Shown here one piece after another: positions 17,521 through 31,724 of a stretch of 64,000 bases of DNA (positions are counted from its first letter, which is position 1; every line of letters starts with the position of its first letter). Where the stretch lies: contig CAZBMQ010000003.1 in the NCBI GenBank assembly GCA_964493485.1, positions 8,468 to 72,467 of the forward strand, in the 5' to 3' direction. Under the pieces are notes generated by a model, which was given only the letters and a program-made list of their open reading frames with translations, was not told where the DNA came from and did not search any database. Source of the stretch: an uncultured Candidatus Saccharibacteria bacterium (GTDB taxonomy: Bacteria; Patescibacteriota; Minisyncoccia; Minisyncoccales; JANBVM01). The position numbers and the translations under genes were made by a program.

Positions 17521-19716
17521 TTATACTGCCTGCCACTCGTCATTTTCATCTTGATATTCTTGAAAATCTCCTGAGGAATTTTCATCAGATTCAGAGATAT
17601 AAATCTCTCTAGGTTTTGCTCCCCTACTAGGGCCTACCACTCCTTTTTCTTCAAGCATATCTATTATCCTAGCAGCTCTAGCATAACCTATTCTCAATTT
17701 TCTCTGTAAGAGAGAGGCTGATGCTCTTCTGTATTGCAAAATAACTCTTTTTGCTTCTTCATATAAAGGATCATCTACAGAACCTGTCTCTTCAAACCCA
17801 TCTTGGTGTGCCTCTAAGTCTCTATCTAAAGCCTCTGCCAGGTCCTGTTTTAAAGATTCATCCTCTGAAGCCTCTTCCCCTAAAGCCTCTTCATAGCTTG
17901 ATTTTATCCATTCTACCACCTTCTTTACCTCTTTTTCTGAAACATAAGCTCCTTGTATCCTTTTTGGTTTTACAATCTCATTTGAGATAAAAAGCATATC
18001 CCCCAACCCCAATAATCTTTCAGCACCTGCCATATCAAGGACTGTCCTGGAATCAACCTGAGAAGCAACCTGAAATGTCACTCTTGAGGTAATGTTTGCT
18101 TTTATAAGGCCTGTAATAACCTCTACTGAAGGTCTCTGTGTAGCCACTACTAAATGGATACCAACTGCACGAGCCATCTGAGCCAATCTTACAATTGCAG
18201 TCTCTACATCCCTGCCCTTAGCCACCATTAAATCAGCTAATTCGTCAACAATCAAGACAATATAAGGAAGATACTCGCTTTTATTGTCTAATGCTTTTCT
18301 GTTATAGCTTAGTATGTTTCTTGATTTTTTTTCAGCTAACAACTTAAATCTTCTTTCCATCTCTCCGATCAACCATTTTAAAGCATTTACTGCTCTAGAT
18401 GATTCCACAATTGGGGGACATAAAAGATGAGGAAGTTCATGATAAACTGTAAATTCGACTCTTTTCGGGTCAATTAAAAGAAATTTTAAGGAATCTGGAG
18501 AGTTTCTATAGATTAAAGATAGAATCAGACTGTTTAAAAAAATTGTTTTTCCTGTACCAGTAGAACCTGCAACCAATAAATGGGGCATTCTTTCTAAATT
18601 AGTATAAACAGGGGTCCCTGCAACATCCTTGCCTAAACAGAAAGTTAAATTATATGGAGAATTCTGAAACTGAGGATTTTCTATCAATTCTCTTAAACGA
18701 ACAAAGGATCTTACTTTGTTTGGAACCTCTACACCTACCAAACTCTTTCCTGGTATTGGAGCTTCAATTCTTATAGGATGGGTAGCTAGAGCCAAAGCTA
18801 AATCATTGGCAAGAGAAGTAATTCTTGAAAGTTTTATTCCTTCAGCCGGCTTTAAGGAATATTGAGTGACTGTAGGACCCACACGATAATCTGCCATTTC
18901 TACGGGGATATCAAAACTCTCAAGGGTCTTTTTAATAATTGCCATATTCGTCTCAACATCACCTCCAGAAGGCTTTTCTTTTGTCAGACCCAATAAATCA
19001 AAAGGAGGAGTCTTATAATATTTTTCAAAAACTGAAACTCTTCGCTTTAAAGGTTTTGCTTTAAACTCTAAAGGAGGCTCTTTTATAATTTTTTTCTCTT
19101 TTTTTACAGGCTTAGGTTCAATTGTTTGGGTCTGAAAAGATGGAGCAGAAGAGAATATTTTTTTCATCCAAGAAGACTTCTTTTTTTCTGGTTCAAGAGA
19201 GGGCTTTTCTTTAGAACCAGGTTCTATTAAAAGATGTCGGAAAATTAAACCCCCGCTCAGTAATATAAAGCTAAACACGACCCTTGTTACCCATACATCA
19301 AAAAATTTCAAAAAGGGCCAAGTAAAAATATATCCAATCCATCCACCCTTCATTTCTCCTTGTTTCCAGCTCTCTAAAACTCCTGAAATACCAACGATAC
19401 ATATCAAAATCGCTAATATTAAAGCTTTCAAGACTTCTTTGTATCTTGATTTTAAAAATGCCAAACCTGAAAGCACAAAGATAAAAGGCAGCATAAAAAC
19501 TGCCTTGCCTGTAAGAAGAGAAGAAAAATTAAAAAGAAATTTTCCAGCTATTCCTGCTTTTTCAAAAAAACTCAAAGAAAATATGGCTGCAATGGCAAAG
19601 AATACTACTCCAAAAATATATCTTTTTGTTTCGTCAGATAGAGAAAAGCTGGCAAATTCTCTTTTTTTAGATACTTGCCTTTTATTTTTTTTTCGCTTAT
19701 TCTTTTTCCGGGCCAT
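17521..19716 (-). CDS. ftsK: DNA translocase FtsK/SpoIIIE
   Basis: N-terminal TMs, PHLLVAGSTGTGKT, DELADLM, ATQRPS, gamma domain ASLLQRKLRIGYARAAR. Confidence 0.96.
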   Translation of the reverse strand: MARKKNKRKKNKRQVSKKREFASFSLSDETKRYIFGVVFFAIAAIFSLSFFEKAGIAGKFLFNFSSLLTGKAVFMLPFIFVLSGLAFLKSRYKEVLKALILAILICIVGISGVLESWKQGEMKGGWIGYIFTWPFLKFFDVWVTRVVFSFILLSGGLIFRHLLIEPGSKEKPSLEPEKKKSSWMKKIFSSAPSFQTQTIEPKPVKKEKKIIKEPPLEFKAKPLKRRVSVFEKYYKTPPFDLLGLTKEKPSGGDVETNMAIIKKTLESFDIPVEMADYRVGPTVTQYSLKPAEGIKLSRITSLANDLALALATHPIRIEAPIPGKSLVGVEVPNKVRSFVRLRELIENPQFQNSPYNLTFCLGKDVAGTPVYTNLERMPHLLVAGSTGTGKTIFLNSLILSLIYRNSPDSLKFLLIDPKRVEFTVYHELPHLLCPPIVESSRAVNALKWLIGEMERRFKLLAEKKSRNILSYNRKALDNKSEYLPYIVLIVDELADLMVAKGRDVETAIVRLAQMARAVGIHLVVATQRPSVEVITGLIKANITSRVTFQVASQVDSRTVLDMAGAERLLGLGDMLFISNEIVKPKRIQGAYVSEKEVKKVVEWIKSSYEEALGEEASEDESLKQDLAEALDRDLEAHQDGFEETGSVDDPLYEEAKRVILQYRRASASLLQRKLRIGYARAARIIDMLEEKGVVGPSRGAKPREIYISESDENSSGDFQEYQDENDEWQAV

Positions 19717-19751
19717 ACTCCAAAGCCACTATCTTATTATACATTTTTCCC

Positions 19752-22700
19752 TCAATTCTTGACAAAACCTGTACCTGCAGGAATAAGTTTTCCTATAATC
19801 ACATTTTCCTTCAATCCTCTCAACTTGTCTTCTTTCCCTTCTACTGCAGCTTTAATCAAAACCCTTGAAGTCTCTTGGAAAGAAGCAGCTGACAAGAAAG
19901 AATCTGTAGTCAATGCCACCTTAGAAATACCTAATAACAGTGAAGTGCCTGTGGCAAATTTTGCATCTTTGCCTTTTTCCCGTTTCAATTTTAGATTTTC
20001 TTCTATAAACCTTGCTCTTTCAACAATCTCGCCTGGAGTAAATGGAGTTTCACCAGGATCCTTTATCTTTACCCTAGAGAACATCTGTCTTACAATAATC
20101 TCTAAATGTTTATCGTGAATCTGAACTCCTTGAGAAACATATATCTTTTGAATTTCTTTTATTATATATCTCCAGGTCTCTTCCTTATTTGTCAACTTAA
20201 ACAGCCTTCTTACATCTAAACTTCCCTCACAAAGCTGCTGCCCTTTTCTTACTGTTTGGCCCGGTTTTACCCAAATTGCTAAGTCTGGAGGAATTTGATA
20301 TTCCAAAATTTCATCTTTTTTCTTTCGTTTTGCACCTTCAACCTTTATCTTTATCACTTTGTCTGGAGTAATCTCTACCACCTTTCCATCAGTTAAAGAC
20401 ATAACAGCCTTTCCTTTAGGAACCCTTACTTCAAATAACTCTTGTACCCTTGGTAAACCAAAGGTAATATCTCCTCCTCCAGCTACTCCTCCAGTATGAA
20501 ATGTTCTCATTGTCAACTGTGTTCCAGGCTCCCCAATAGCTTGAGCCGCTACAATACCTACTGCTTCCCCTAATTTTATCAATTGATTATTCCCGAGATC
20601 CCAACCATAACATTTTTGACATACGCCTCTAACATTCTTGCATCTCAGAGGAGAACGAACCCTTACCTTCTCCACACCACTATCAATTATCTCTTTTCCT
20701 TTCTGCCAGTCTATTATCTCATCTTTTTTACAGATTACTTTTGAACCTGTACCTCTGGGAGTTTTTATGTCTTCTAAACATACCCTTCCAACAATCTTTA
20801 AAAGAAAATCCTGTCCAATATCATCTGCATCTTCTCTGAATATCTCAATACCAGTTTTATCTTTGCAGTCTTCTTCTGAAATTATCACATCATGAGAAAC
20901 ATCAATCAATCTTCTTGTTAAATATCCTGCACTAGAGGTTCTTAAAGCTTTATCTGCTGTACCTTTTCTTGCACCGTGCGTAGAAATGAAATATTCAAGA
21001 GGGGTAAATCCTTCTTTATATGAACTCTTAACTGGAAGCTCTATAATATCACCTATCGGATTAATAACCAAGCCCTTCATTCCACACATCTGTACAGACT
21101 GAGTCCAAGATCCTTTTGCACCAGCATTAATCATTTGAAATACAGATCCTCTTTTCGGAAGAGCCTCTGGCACCTCTTTTTCTATTTCCGACTTAGCTCT
21201 ACTCCATATACTAATTATTTTCACTATTCTTTCTTCATTAGTGAGAAGACCTTTTTCAAAATAACTTTCAACCTTTTCTTCTTCCTTTTCAGCTTGCTCT
21301 AAAATTTTCTTTTTTGCCTCAGGTATCACCAAATCATCTATACCCCAGGTGATTCCAGCTAATGTTGAATACTCAAATCCTAAATCTTTTATTTTATCCA
21401 AAGTATCCTCTACTACTTCTATTGGATATTTTTCAATAATATCTGCAACAATCTTTTTTAAATCTTTTAGTTTAATCAACTTATTCTGAAAAGGAAAATC
21501 TTCAGGAAGAGCTTCATTGAAAAGAATTCTTCCTACAGAAGTCTCCACAAAATCAGTATTTTTAGCTTTTAAATTAGATTTTAAAGTGTTTGCTCTTACT
21601 TTAATCTTTGCCTTTATGTTTATTTCACCAAACTCATGCGCTAAAATTGCTTCATTCGGGTTCCCAAAAATCTTCCCCTCTCCTTTCAAACCTTCCCAAA
21701 TATCAGTAAGCCAATAGCATCCTAAAATAATGTCCTGATAGAGGGTAACAATAGGCATTCCTGTAGCTGGTTTCAGAATATTTAAGCCAGCCAGCATTCT
21801 TTCTTTTGCTTCTTTTTGCGCCATATTTGAGAGAGGTACATGCACAGCCATTTGGTCGCCATCAAAATCAGCATTGAATGCCTTACAAATCATTGGATGA
21901 ATTCTTATTGCTTCACCCTCGATTAATTTAGGATAAAAAGCTTGAATGCCTAATCTGTGCAAAGTAGGAGCCCTATTTAATAGAATTAACTTCTTCTTTA
22001 CTACTTCTTCCAAACATTCCCAAACCTCATCTGTTTCTTCGTCAATCAACCTTGATGCGCCTCTCACATTATATGCAAGCTCTCTTTCTAAAAGCTTTTT
22101 AATTACAAATGGCTTAAAGAGTTCCAAAGCCATTTTCTTTGGCAAACCTACTTCATTGAATTTTAACTCAGGACCAACACATATCACTGACCTACCAGAA
22201 TAATCAACTCTTTTACCTAACAGATTCTGCCTGAATCTACCTTGTTTTCCTTTAAGCATATCTGCTAAAGATTTCAGCAATCTTCTTCCTCCTGTGGTAG
22301 CCCTGGTTGTAGTTCCTCTTCTCATTCCATTATCAATTAAAGAATCAACAGCTTCTTGTAGCATTCTTTTTTCATTTCTCACAATTACCTCTGGTGCTCC
22401 TATCTCTAGAAGATATTTTAATCTATTATTTCGATTAATCACTCTTCTATATAAATCGTTTAAATCAGAAGAAGCATATCTGCCTCCATCTAGCTGAACC
22501 ATTGGTCTTAAAGCAGGGGGTAAAACAGGCAGGACTGTCAAAAACATCCATTCAGGACGAATATTGGCTCTTTTCATTGCCTGAAAGAGTTTTAACCTTC
22601 TTAATGTCTTTTTTCTCTTCTGCACAGAGATTTCTTTTAGTTCTTTTTTTAATTCCTTAATTTTTTGGTCTAAATTTATTTTCTTGAAAATAGATCTTAA

Positions 22701-23384
22701 TGTCTCTGCTCCAGTCCCAGCTTCAAATACCTCTCCATATTTCAAAGAAAATTCTCGGTATTCAACTTCGTTCAATATCTTCAAGGGCTTAATCGACATT
22801 AACTCTTCTTTTGCTTTGGTTTTCGCCAATTTTAAATCTCTAAGCTGGTTGTTTAGAGCTCTTTGTGCAGTTTTTGTCTTTTCTTTTGCAAGTTCAGATT
22901 TTATCTTTTTAACTTTTCTTTTGTACTCTTTCTCAATTCTTTCTAAAATATTCTTTTTTGCTTCCTCATTCACCTCAGTAATAATATAAGAAGAGAAATA
23001 AATCACTTTCTCCAATTTCTGCATTGGAATATCAAGAACCATTCCTATCCTTGAAGGAATTCCTTTCAAAAACCAAATATGAGACACAGGAGCTGCTAAT
23101 TTAATATGCCCCATTCTTTGTCTTCTTACAGAAGACTTTGTCACCTCTACACCGCATCTATCGCAAACTATACCTTTATATCTGATTCTTTTATATTTCC
23201 CGCAATAGCATTGATAATCCTTCTCAGGACCGAATATCTTCTGACAGAATAATCCATCCTTTTCTGCTCTCTGTGTCCTATAATTGATGGTTTCAGGTTT
23301 TGTGACCTCACCATGACTCCACGAAAGAATCTCTTCGGGTGAGGCAATTTTTATTCTAATTGCTTCTAAATTTTCAACTTTCAT
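19752..23384 (-). CDS. rpoC: RNA polymerase beta' subunit
   Basis: NADFDGDQM catalytic motif, zinc finger, [14 protein letters not shown]. Confidence 0.99.
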   Translation of the reverse strand: MKVENLEAIRIKIASPEEILSWSHGEVTKPETINYRTQRAEKDGLFCQKIFGPEKDYQCYCGKYKRIRYKGIVCDRCGVEVTKSSVRRQRMGHIKLAAPVSHIWFLKGIPSRIGMVLDIPMQKLEKVIYFSSYIITEVNEEAKKNILERIEKEYKRKVKKIKSELAKEKTKTAQRALNNQLRDLKLAKTKAKEELMSIKPLKILNEVEYREFSLKYGEVFEAGTGAETLRSIFKKINLDQKIKELKKELKEISVQKRKKTLRRLKLFQAMKRANIRPEWMFLTVLPVLPPALRPMVQLDGGRYASSDLNDLYRRVINRNNRLKYLLEIGAPEVIVRNEKRMLQEAVDSLIDNGMRRGTTTRATTGGRRLLKSLADMLKGKQGRFRQNLLGKRVDYSGRSVICVGPELKFNEVGLPKKMALELFKPFVIKKLLERELAYNVRGASRLIDEETDEVWECLEEVVKKKLILLNRAPTLHRLGIQAFYPKLIEGEAIRIHPMICKAFNADFDGDQMAVHVPLSNMAQKEAKERMLAGLNILKPATGMPIVTLYQDIILGCYWLTDIWEGLKGEGKIFGNPNEAILAHEFGEINIKAKIKVRANTLKSNLKAKNTDFVETSVGRILFNEALPEDFPFQNKLIKLKDLKKIVADIIEKYPIEVVEDTLDKIKDLGFEYSTLAGITWGIDDLVIPEAKKKILEQAEKEEEKVESYFEKGLLTNEERIVKIISIWSRAKSEIEKEVPEALPKRGSVFQMINAGAKGSWTQSVQMCGMKGLVINPIGDIIELPVKSSYKEGFTPLEYFISTHGARKGTADKALRTSSAGYLTRRLIDVSHDVIISEEDCKDKTGIEIFREDADDIGQDFLLKIVGRVCLEDIKTPRGTGSKVICKKDEIIDWQKGKEIIDSGVEKVRVRSPLRCKNVRGVCQKCYGWDLGNNQLIKLGEAVGIVAAQAIGEPGTQLTMRTFHTGGVAGGGDITFGLPRVQELFEVRVPKGKAVMSLTDGKVVEITPDKVIKIKVEGAKRKKKDEILEYQIPPDLAIWVKPGQTVRKGQQLCEGSLDVRRLFKLTNKEETWRYIIKEIQKIYVSQGVQIHDKHLEIIVRQMFSRVKIKDPGETPFTPGEIVERARFIEENLKLKREKGKDAKFATGTSLLLGISKVALTTDSFLSAASFQETSRVLIKAAVEGKEDKLRGLKENVIIGKLIPAGTGFVKN

Positions 23385-23415
23385 AGTTGATATAAATCAA
23401 TTTTATATTAAATTT

Positions 23416-26400
23416 TTAAGATTTTTCTTCTTCTCTTTTTTCTTTTTCTTTAACTTCAACGCTTAAACCTAATGCTTTTAATTCATTGACCAAAAGATTA
23501 AATGAAGCCGGAATATTGGGTTCTTTGATGTCTTCTCCTTTTAATATAGCTTCATAAGCAGCTGCTCTTCCTGGTACATCATCAGATTTTATAGTCAACA
23601 TCTCTTGAAGACTATGAGCTGCCCCATAACCCTCCAAAGCCCAAACCTCCATCTCTCCAAACCTCTGTCCCCCAAATTGCGCTTTTCCTCCTAACGGCTG
23701 CTGGGTAATTAAAGAATAAGGACCAATAGAACGCATGTGGATTTTATCTTCTACCATATGTATTAATTTCATCATATAGATATAACCTACTGTAATCTTT
23801 TCTGGGAATGGAAGTCCTGTTCTTCCATCGAAAAGCTGCATCTTTCCGTCTTCAGAAAATCCTGCTCTTTTCAACTCTGCTTTTACGTCTTCTTCTGTGG
23901 CACCGGAAAGAGCAGGGGTTATAGCATGATACCCCAAAGTTTTTGCCGCTAAACCAAGATGTGTTTCTAAAACCTGGCCCAGGTTCATTCTTGAAACCAC
24001 ACTCAAAGGATTAATAATAATATCTACTGGCGTACCATCTTCTAAAAACGGCATTTCTTCTATTGGCAGGACTTTAGATATAACTCCTTTGTTTCCGTGT
24101 CTACCTGCCAGCTTATCACCAGCCTGTATCTTTCTTATATGAGCTATCTCTACTTCAATTCTTTTTATAACGCCTGGCTCAAGCTTGTGTCCTAATTCTC
24201 TTGAAAATATTTTAACATCTATCACTCTCCCTCTTTTACCGTGCTCCATCCTTAAAGAAGTATCTTTTACCTCTTTTGCTTTCTCACCAAAGATTGCTCT
24301 CAGCAATCTCTCTTCCGGAGTTAATTCTGCCTTTCCTTTTGGAGATATTTTTCCAACCAAAATATCATTTGGACCTACCTCAGCTCCTATCCTGATAATT
24401 CCCTCTTCGTCTAAATCTTTTAATTTTTCTTCTGAAACATTAGGAATATCACTGGTTGTTATCTCTGGTCCTAGTTTGGTTTCTCTAACATCACAACTAA
24501 AATTCTCTATATGAATAGATGTGTATACATCATCCCGTACTAATCTTTCAGAGATTAAAACAGCATCTTCAAAACTCCCTCCTCGCCAGGGAATAAAAGC
24601 AACCAAAATATTTCTACCAAGAGCTAAATGGCCCTTTGCTATTGCTCCTCCATCAGTCAATACATCTCCTTTCTTTACAATTTGACCCTTCTTTACTATT
24701 GGCTTCTGATGAAAACAAGTGTATTGATTTGTTCTTATAAAACTCCTTAGCTTATATTCTATTATCTTATTAGAATTTTTTGTCTTGATTTTAATATGAG
24801 TAGCGTCTACTTCAACAACTTTTCCGTCTTCTTCGCAAATAATCGCTCTCCCAGAATCCTCAGCTACTCTTTTTTCTAATCCTGTCATTACCAATGGTGG
24901 GTCACCATTAATCAGCGGCACTGCCTGTCTCTGCATATTCGAACCCATCAATGCTCTTGTTGCATCGTCATTCTGTAAAAATGGAATCAATCCTGTGGCA
25001 ATAGAAATAGCCTGCTCTGGAGAAATATCAATAAAATCAAGATCTTTTTTATCTACTATGTCTGGTTTTCCTTTTACTCTTGCCTCTACCCTCTTTGGAA
25101 TAATATTATTGTTTTTGTCTATAGGAATAATACCTGAACCTATAATATGTTTCTCTTCCTCATAAGCATTAAGGTATTGAATCTTGGAAGTAATCTTTCC
25201 ATTTTCCACTTTAAGATAAGGTGTTTCCAAAAAACCATATGGATTTATTCTAGCAAAACTTGCCAAATGTCCGACCAGTCCAATGTTTGGACCTTCTGGA
25301 GTCTGAATTGGACAAATCCTACCGTAATGGGAAGGCTGTACATCTCTCACTTCAAAACCAGCTCTTTCTCTTGTTAATCCTCCGGGACCTGTAGCAGAAA
25401 CCCTTCTCTTATGTTCAAGTTCAGCCAAAGGATTTTGATTATCCATAAACTGGGACATCTGACTTGAGATGAAGAATTGCTTCACCACCACCATCACAGG
25501 CTTTGGATTTATCAGCTGGGTAGGAGTCAATGTATGAATATCCAAGGTAGACATCCTGTCTCTGGCAATTCTTTCCAATCTCATAAATCCTACTCTTAAT
25601 CTGTTAATCAATAATTCTGTAAATGGCCTTACTCTTCTATTTCCTAAGTGGTCAATCTGGTCAGGTTTTGCTTCGGGATCGTTATTTAACCTTATTATCT
25701 CTCTTATAACCGCTACAACATCTTCTAGCTTTAAAACTCTATCTTGAATTGTAATTTCTTTGTCTAAGTTATAAGAATCTTTATTTTTTGGATCTCTTGG
25801 TCTTAATTCAGGGAGTCGAGACCACATTCTCCATCTTCCTACTTTTGACAAGTCATATCTTTCGAAATTAAAGAACATGTTTTCTATTAACTCTCTTGCT
25901 GTATCAGGTGTAGCCATATCTCCAGGTCTCAATCTTTGATAAATCTCAACCAAAGCTTCTGCTTGATTGTGTGTTAAGTCTTTCTTTAGGGTCTCTTTGA
26001 TATAATCTATTTCTCCCTTATTTACATCTTGAAATTTCTCTTTAATATCTTGGTCATTATCAATCCCGAATGCCCTCAATAAAGTAGTAGCTGCCACCTT
26101 TCTTTTTCTATCTATCTTTACCCCTATTGCTCCTGATAAATCTGTTTGAAATTCCAGCCAGGAACCCCTATTAGGAATAATCTTTGCCCCAAAGCAATTT
26201 CTCCCGGCAATTCTCTTCAGAGTAAAGAATGCGCCGGGAGAACGAATTAATTGAGAGATTGCAACCCTTTCTACTCCATTTACAACAAAAGTTCCCCTTT
26301 CTGTTTGTAAGGGGAAATCGCATAAAAAAACCTCCTGCTCTTTTACCTCCTTAGTTTTCAGGTTGACCAATCTTGTCTTTACAATAAGAGGAGCTTCATA

Positions 26401-26643
26401 AGAATCATTGTTCTTCTTTGCCTCTAGGTCTGTCTTATATTTCGGCTCTCCCAACTTATAATCTAAAAACCATAACTCAAACTCTTTTTTTGTATAGTCC
26501 CGAATAGGAGAAATTTCTTTAAATAATTCCTTTAAATCTCTCTCCCAAAACTTTTTCCAACTTTCTTTTTGGAGTCCTAATAAATATGGTAACTCTAAGA
26601 AAATTTTTGCTTTTCTAAAATCTTTGGTTTTTATTTTTTCCAT
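23416..26643 (-). CDS. rpoB: RNA polymerase beta subunit
   Basis: GDKLAGRHGNKG, GGQRFGEME, rifampicin-region SQFMDNQN. Confidence 0.99.
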   Translation of the reverse strand: MEKIKTKDFRKAKIFLELPYLLGLQKESWKKFWERDLKELFKEISPIRDYTKKEFELWFLDYKLGEPKYKTDLEAKKNNDSYEAPLIVKTRLVNLKTKEVKEQEVFLCDFPLQTERGTFVVNGVERVAISQLIRSPGAFFTLKRIAGRNCFGAKIIPNRGSWLEFQTDLSGAIGVKIDRKRKVAATTLLRAFGIDNDQDIKEKFQDVNKGEIDYIKETLKKDLTHNQAEALVEIYQRLRPGDMATPDTARELIENMFFNFERYDLSKVGRWRMWSRLPELRPRDPKNKDSYNLDKEITIQDRVLKLEDVVAVIREIIRLNNDPEAKPDQIDHLGNRRVRPFTELLINRLRVGFMRLERIARDRMSTLDIHTLTPTQLINPKPVMVVVKQFFISSQMSQFMDNQNPLAELEHKRRVSATGPGGLTRERAGFEVRDVQPSHYGRICPIQTPEGPNIGLVGHLASFARINPYGFLETPYLKVENGKITSKIQYLNAYEEEKHIIGSGIIPIDKNNNIIPKRVEARVKGKPDIVDKKDLDFIDISPEQAISIATGLIPFLQNDDATRALMGSNMQRQAVPLINGDPPLVMTGLEKRVAEDSGRAIICEEDGKVVEVDATHIKIKTKNSNKIIEYKLRSFIRTNQYTCFHQKPIVKKGQIVKKGDVLTDGGAIAKGHLALGRNILVAFIPWRGGSFEDAVLISERLVRDDVYTSIHIENFSCDVRETKLGPEITTSDIPNVSEEKLKDLDEEGIIRIGAEVGPNDILVGKISPKGKAELTPEERLLRAIFGEKAKEVKDTSLRMEHGKRGRVIDVKIFSRELGHKLEPGVIKRIEVEIAHIRKIQAGDKLAGRHGNKGVISKVLPIEEMPFLEDGTPVDIIINPLSVVSRMNLGQVLETHLGLAAKTLGYHAITPALSGATEEDVKAELKRAGFSEDGKMQLFDGRTGLPFPEKITVGYIYMMKLIHMVEDKIHMRSIGPYSLITQQPLGGKAQFGGQRFGEMEVWALEGYGAAHSLQEMLTIKSDDVPGRAAAYEAILKGEDIKEPNIPASFNLLVNELKALGLSVEVKEKEKREEEKS

Positions 26644-26898
26644 AATATTTATTATCGGCAGATACCGATTTCAAAATAAAAATAGCTTCTTTTTGTCTTT
26701 AATATATTTTGGAATAGACAAAAAGACCCCCTAAGAATATTAGGGCAACCTTAAAACAAATTATTTCTAGTAGAGGATAGAATTAATCAAATATTTGCTA
26801 ATCAAATAATATTAATAAAGGTTATATGTATAACTTTACTCTTTTTAAAAATTTTGTCAACCCCTCTATAGAATTTTTTGATTTTTGCAATCAAAAAA

Positions 26899-27996
26899 CT
26901 ATTCACTTCTTTTTATGCTTTGCAGGATACCCAATCCTATAAACATAGTCAAAAGACCTGACCCCCCATAACTGATGAAAGGAAGAGAAATACCAATGAT
27001 AGGGAGAATTCCTAAATTCATGCCAATATGTATAAATACTTGGGAAAGCAATAAAATAGCAAATCCTAAAGCAAAAAGACGGGAGAAATTCGACCTGCTT
27101 TCACCTGCAATTTTTAAAATCCTCCAAATCAATATCAAAAACAAAGAAAGCAGAATGCCAACTCCAATTAAACCGGTAGATTCTGCAATAACAGAAAAAC
27201 TAAAGTCTGTAACGGGTTCTGGCAGAAATCCATATTTTGTTTGAGAACCTCCCTTTATCCCCTGGCCAAATATCCTGCCTGAGCCAATAGCAATCTTTGC
27301 CTGTCTCTGACTCCACCCAACGCTTAAAGGATCGGACAGTTGAGGTCTTATAAAACTTAAAATCCTTTGTTTTTGATAATCTTTTAAAATGCTTGACCAA
27401 CCGAAAATAAAAACTAAAATTCCGCAAAGAATTAATATTAAAAAATGACGCAACTTAATTCCCGAAACAAGCAACATGCCTATCCATAAACTCACCAAGA
27501 TTAAAACAGAACCTAAGTCTGGCTGAAAGAAAACCAAAATAGAAGGAATGAACACATACAAACCAGAAATTAAAATATGAATGACACGATACATTTCAAT
27601 GTGTCTGTTTGAGAAATACTTTGCCAGTAATATAATCATAACAATTTTTGTCAGTTCAATTGGATCAAAAGACATAAATCCTATCTTATACCAGGACTTT
27701 ACTCCCCTTATCTCCGGGGCAAAAAAGAACAATCCTGCCAGCAAAATTATACAAAAGAAATAAAAAAATAAAATAATATGAGTTTCTTGTTTTAAAAATC
27801 TCCAATCAAAAAAACTAATTAAAAACATTAAAAAAAACCCTATAAATAAAAAAATTATCTGTTTTTTAAAAACCACTAGTTCTTCGTCTAACCTAGAAGA
27901 ATTATAAATAGAAAGAAGTCCGAAACTCACAAGAAATAATACAACAAAAATTAAAATCCAGTCTAATTTTTTAAGATGAAATAAAATTTCTTTCAT
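26899..27996 (-). CDS. rodA: SEDS-family peptidoglycan glycosyltransferase RodA/FtsW
   Basis: QPDLGS, AKIAIGSG, LPEPVTDF, LPFISYGGS; about 10 TMs. Confidence 0.85.
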   Translation of the reverse strand: MKEILFHLKKLDWILIFVVLFLVSFGLLSIYNSSRLDEELVVFKKQIIFLFIGFFLMFLISFFDWRFLKQETHIILFFYFFCIILLAGLFFFAPEIRGVKSWYKIGFMSFDPIELTKIVMIILLAKYFSNRHIEMYRVIHILISGLYVFIPSILVFFQPDLGSVLILVSLWIGMLLVSGIKLRHFLILILCGILVFIFGWSSILKDYQKQRILSFIRPQLSDPLSVGWSQRQAKIAIGSGRIFGQGIKGGSQTKYGFLPEPVTDFSFSVIAESTGLIGVGILLSLFLILIWRILKIAGESRSNFSRLFALGFAILLLSQVFIHIGMNLGILPIIGISLPFISYGGSGLLTMFIGLGILQSIKRSE

Positions 27997-28006
27997 TATT
28001 TTAGAA

Positions 28007-30076
<2,070 letters not shown>

Positions 30077-30152
30077 TCAAAATCTAAACACCCAAAAACT
30101 TGTTTGAAAATTTTGGTTATAATACTTTATTTAGAATTTAGAGTTTAAAACA

Positions 30153-30554
30153 TCAATATACCACTTCAATAGCACGGCTTGTGTTTTTATAAGCTCCGAT
30201 AGATTTTATGGTGGTAGTACCAGTAGTGCTGGTAGAAAAAGTTACATCATAGCTTGCCTCATTACTTAGAATAGTAGAGGTAGTATATGGGGCAATCAAA
30301 CCCCTGCAGACAGAAGTACAATATACTGGAGGACTACTTGTTGAACAAGCAGGAGGGTAGCAGCTTTTGTCTTTATACAAAACAGCCTCCACCCCGCTGT
30401 CAGCTGCATAAAAAGCAACTACAGAATAACCAAGTTCTCTTAATGTCTTACTTTGTCTAATAAAAATAATGCTTGTTCCCAAGGCAATGCCCAATACAAA
30501 ACTTAGAATTAAGACAGCAAGCATTATTGATAATCCTTTTTGGTTAATATCCAT
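30153..30554 (-). CDS. PilX/GspK-like minor pilin
   Basis: QKG|LSIML cleavage site without E5; AFYAADSGVE PilX N-terminal motif. Confidence 0.75.
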   Translation of the reverse strand: MDINQKGLSIMLAVLILSFVLGIALGTSIIFIRQSKTLRELGYSVVAFYAADSGVEAVLYKDKSCYPPACSTSSPPVYCTSVCRGLIAPYTTSTILSNEASYDVTFSTSTTGTTTIKSIGAYKNTSRAIEVVY

Positions 30555-30567
30555 AATTTTTCAAGTT

Positions 30568-31158
30568 TTAATACAAAACATCAAGGTTTCTTTGAGACAC
30601 GGTGGTCTGAAGTTTCACAGCCGGAGAATTGGAAACCCCTCTTTTTTCAATCTCAAAAGAAAGTGTGACTCTTGGCTGATTATCATCATCTTGGTTCTCT
30701 CCATAAATCCTAAATTCAAGCTGCTTTACCTCCAAGTCGTCTGAAGTCAAAAACAAAATTTCTGAACCCCTTTCTTCTTTTATCCTTCCATTCTCTAAAT
30801 AAAAAGAATGACACTGTTCGTTATGGTCTTTAAAGTTTATTCTATGATTAGAATCTTCTAATTCATAATTCACATTGTCTCCAGAAAGACAACTTACTCC
30901 ATCTAAATCATCTTTCAACGCCATTCTTAAAGACCGACTCATATATTCTGCAACATAGGAAGCATTATCAGTAATTTCTCTAAGAATGAGGGCTCTGTTT
31001 TGTCCTTTTAAAGAAGAGACAAAAATGCCGGTTGGAGCAGCAACCAAAATCGCAAATATGGTGACAGCTACTATAAGCTCCACTAAGGTGTATCCTTTTG
31101 TTTTATTTAAACCTTCTGTTAACTCTTTGTTATGTTTATTTTTTGTATTATCTCTCAT
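30568..31158 (-). CDS. PilW/GspJ-like minor pilin
   Basis: KG|YTLVELIVA class III signal; MSRSLRMA; C-terminal LQTTVSQRN. Confidence 0.8.
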   Translation of the reverse strand: MRDNTKNKHNKELTEGLNKTKGYTLVELIVAVTIFAILVAAPTGIFVSSLKGQNRALILREITDNASYVAEYMSRSLRMALKDDLDGVSCLSGDNVNYELEDSNHRINFKDHNEQCHSFYLENGRIKEERGSEILFLTSDDLEVKQLEFRIYGENQDDDNQPRVTLSFEIEKRGVSNSPAVKLQTTVSQRNLDVLY

Positions 31159-31687
31159 ACCAATTTGATAAATCTTCTACTACTTCTATGCTATGACTCC
31201 TTTCTCTCTCCTGCCATTCTACTATTACTTTCACTTCCATTTTATCAGACCCTTTTGGGGTAATAATTATTTTTCTTTTGAACTTTGTAGGTGTACCAGA
31301 GTCATAGCTGTAGAATCCATTTGTGTCAATATTAAGATATCTAAGATTGGAAGAATTACAATTTGAAACATTTGTCAAAGAAGTATAGATCTTATAGTCT
31401 CCCTCACAACAATTTGGAGATTGACAATTAGTAAGACCATCGTCCCAAGATACAGAGCTGGATCTTGACTCAAGCCAGTTGCTATCTCTGATATTTCTTA
31501 CTATTTCTATTCCTTCTTGAGCTAAATAAGCAGCAGTCACTTTAAGTTCAACCATTGAGGCGCCGGAAAGACTCTGACGGAGCAAAGCAAAAGCGCCTCC
31601 TATTCCTACAGTAAGAATAAAAATAGCAGTAATTACTTCCAAAAGAGTAAATCCTAACTTTTCTTTTTTGGGTAAGTATTCATTCAT
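31148..31687 (-). CDS. PilV/GspI-like minor pilin
   Basis: G|FTLLEVITA; AAYLAQEGIEIVRNIRD; start ATG 31687. Confidence 0.82.
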   Translation of the reverse strand: MNEYLPKKEKLGFTLLEVITAIFILTVGIGGAFALLRQSLSGASMVELKVTAAYLAQEGIEIVRNIRDSNWLESRSSSVSWDDGLTNCQSPNCCEGDYKIYTSLTNVSNCNSSNLRYLNIDTNGFYSYDSGTPTKFKRKIIITPKGSDKMEVKVIVEWQERERSHSIEVVEDLSNWYER

Positions 31688-31724
31688 TTTTTGCTCTTTG
31701 ATTATTATATAAAAAATACAACTT

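Noticed and set aside
26644-26860. Structured ncRNA in the rpoB leader
   Set aside because: Only short AT-rich hairpins and a weak promoter candidate; not distinguishable from chance by eye
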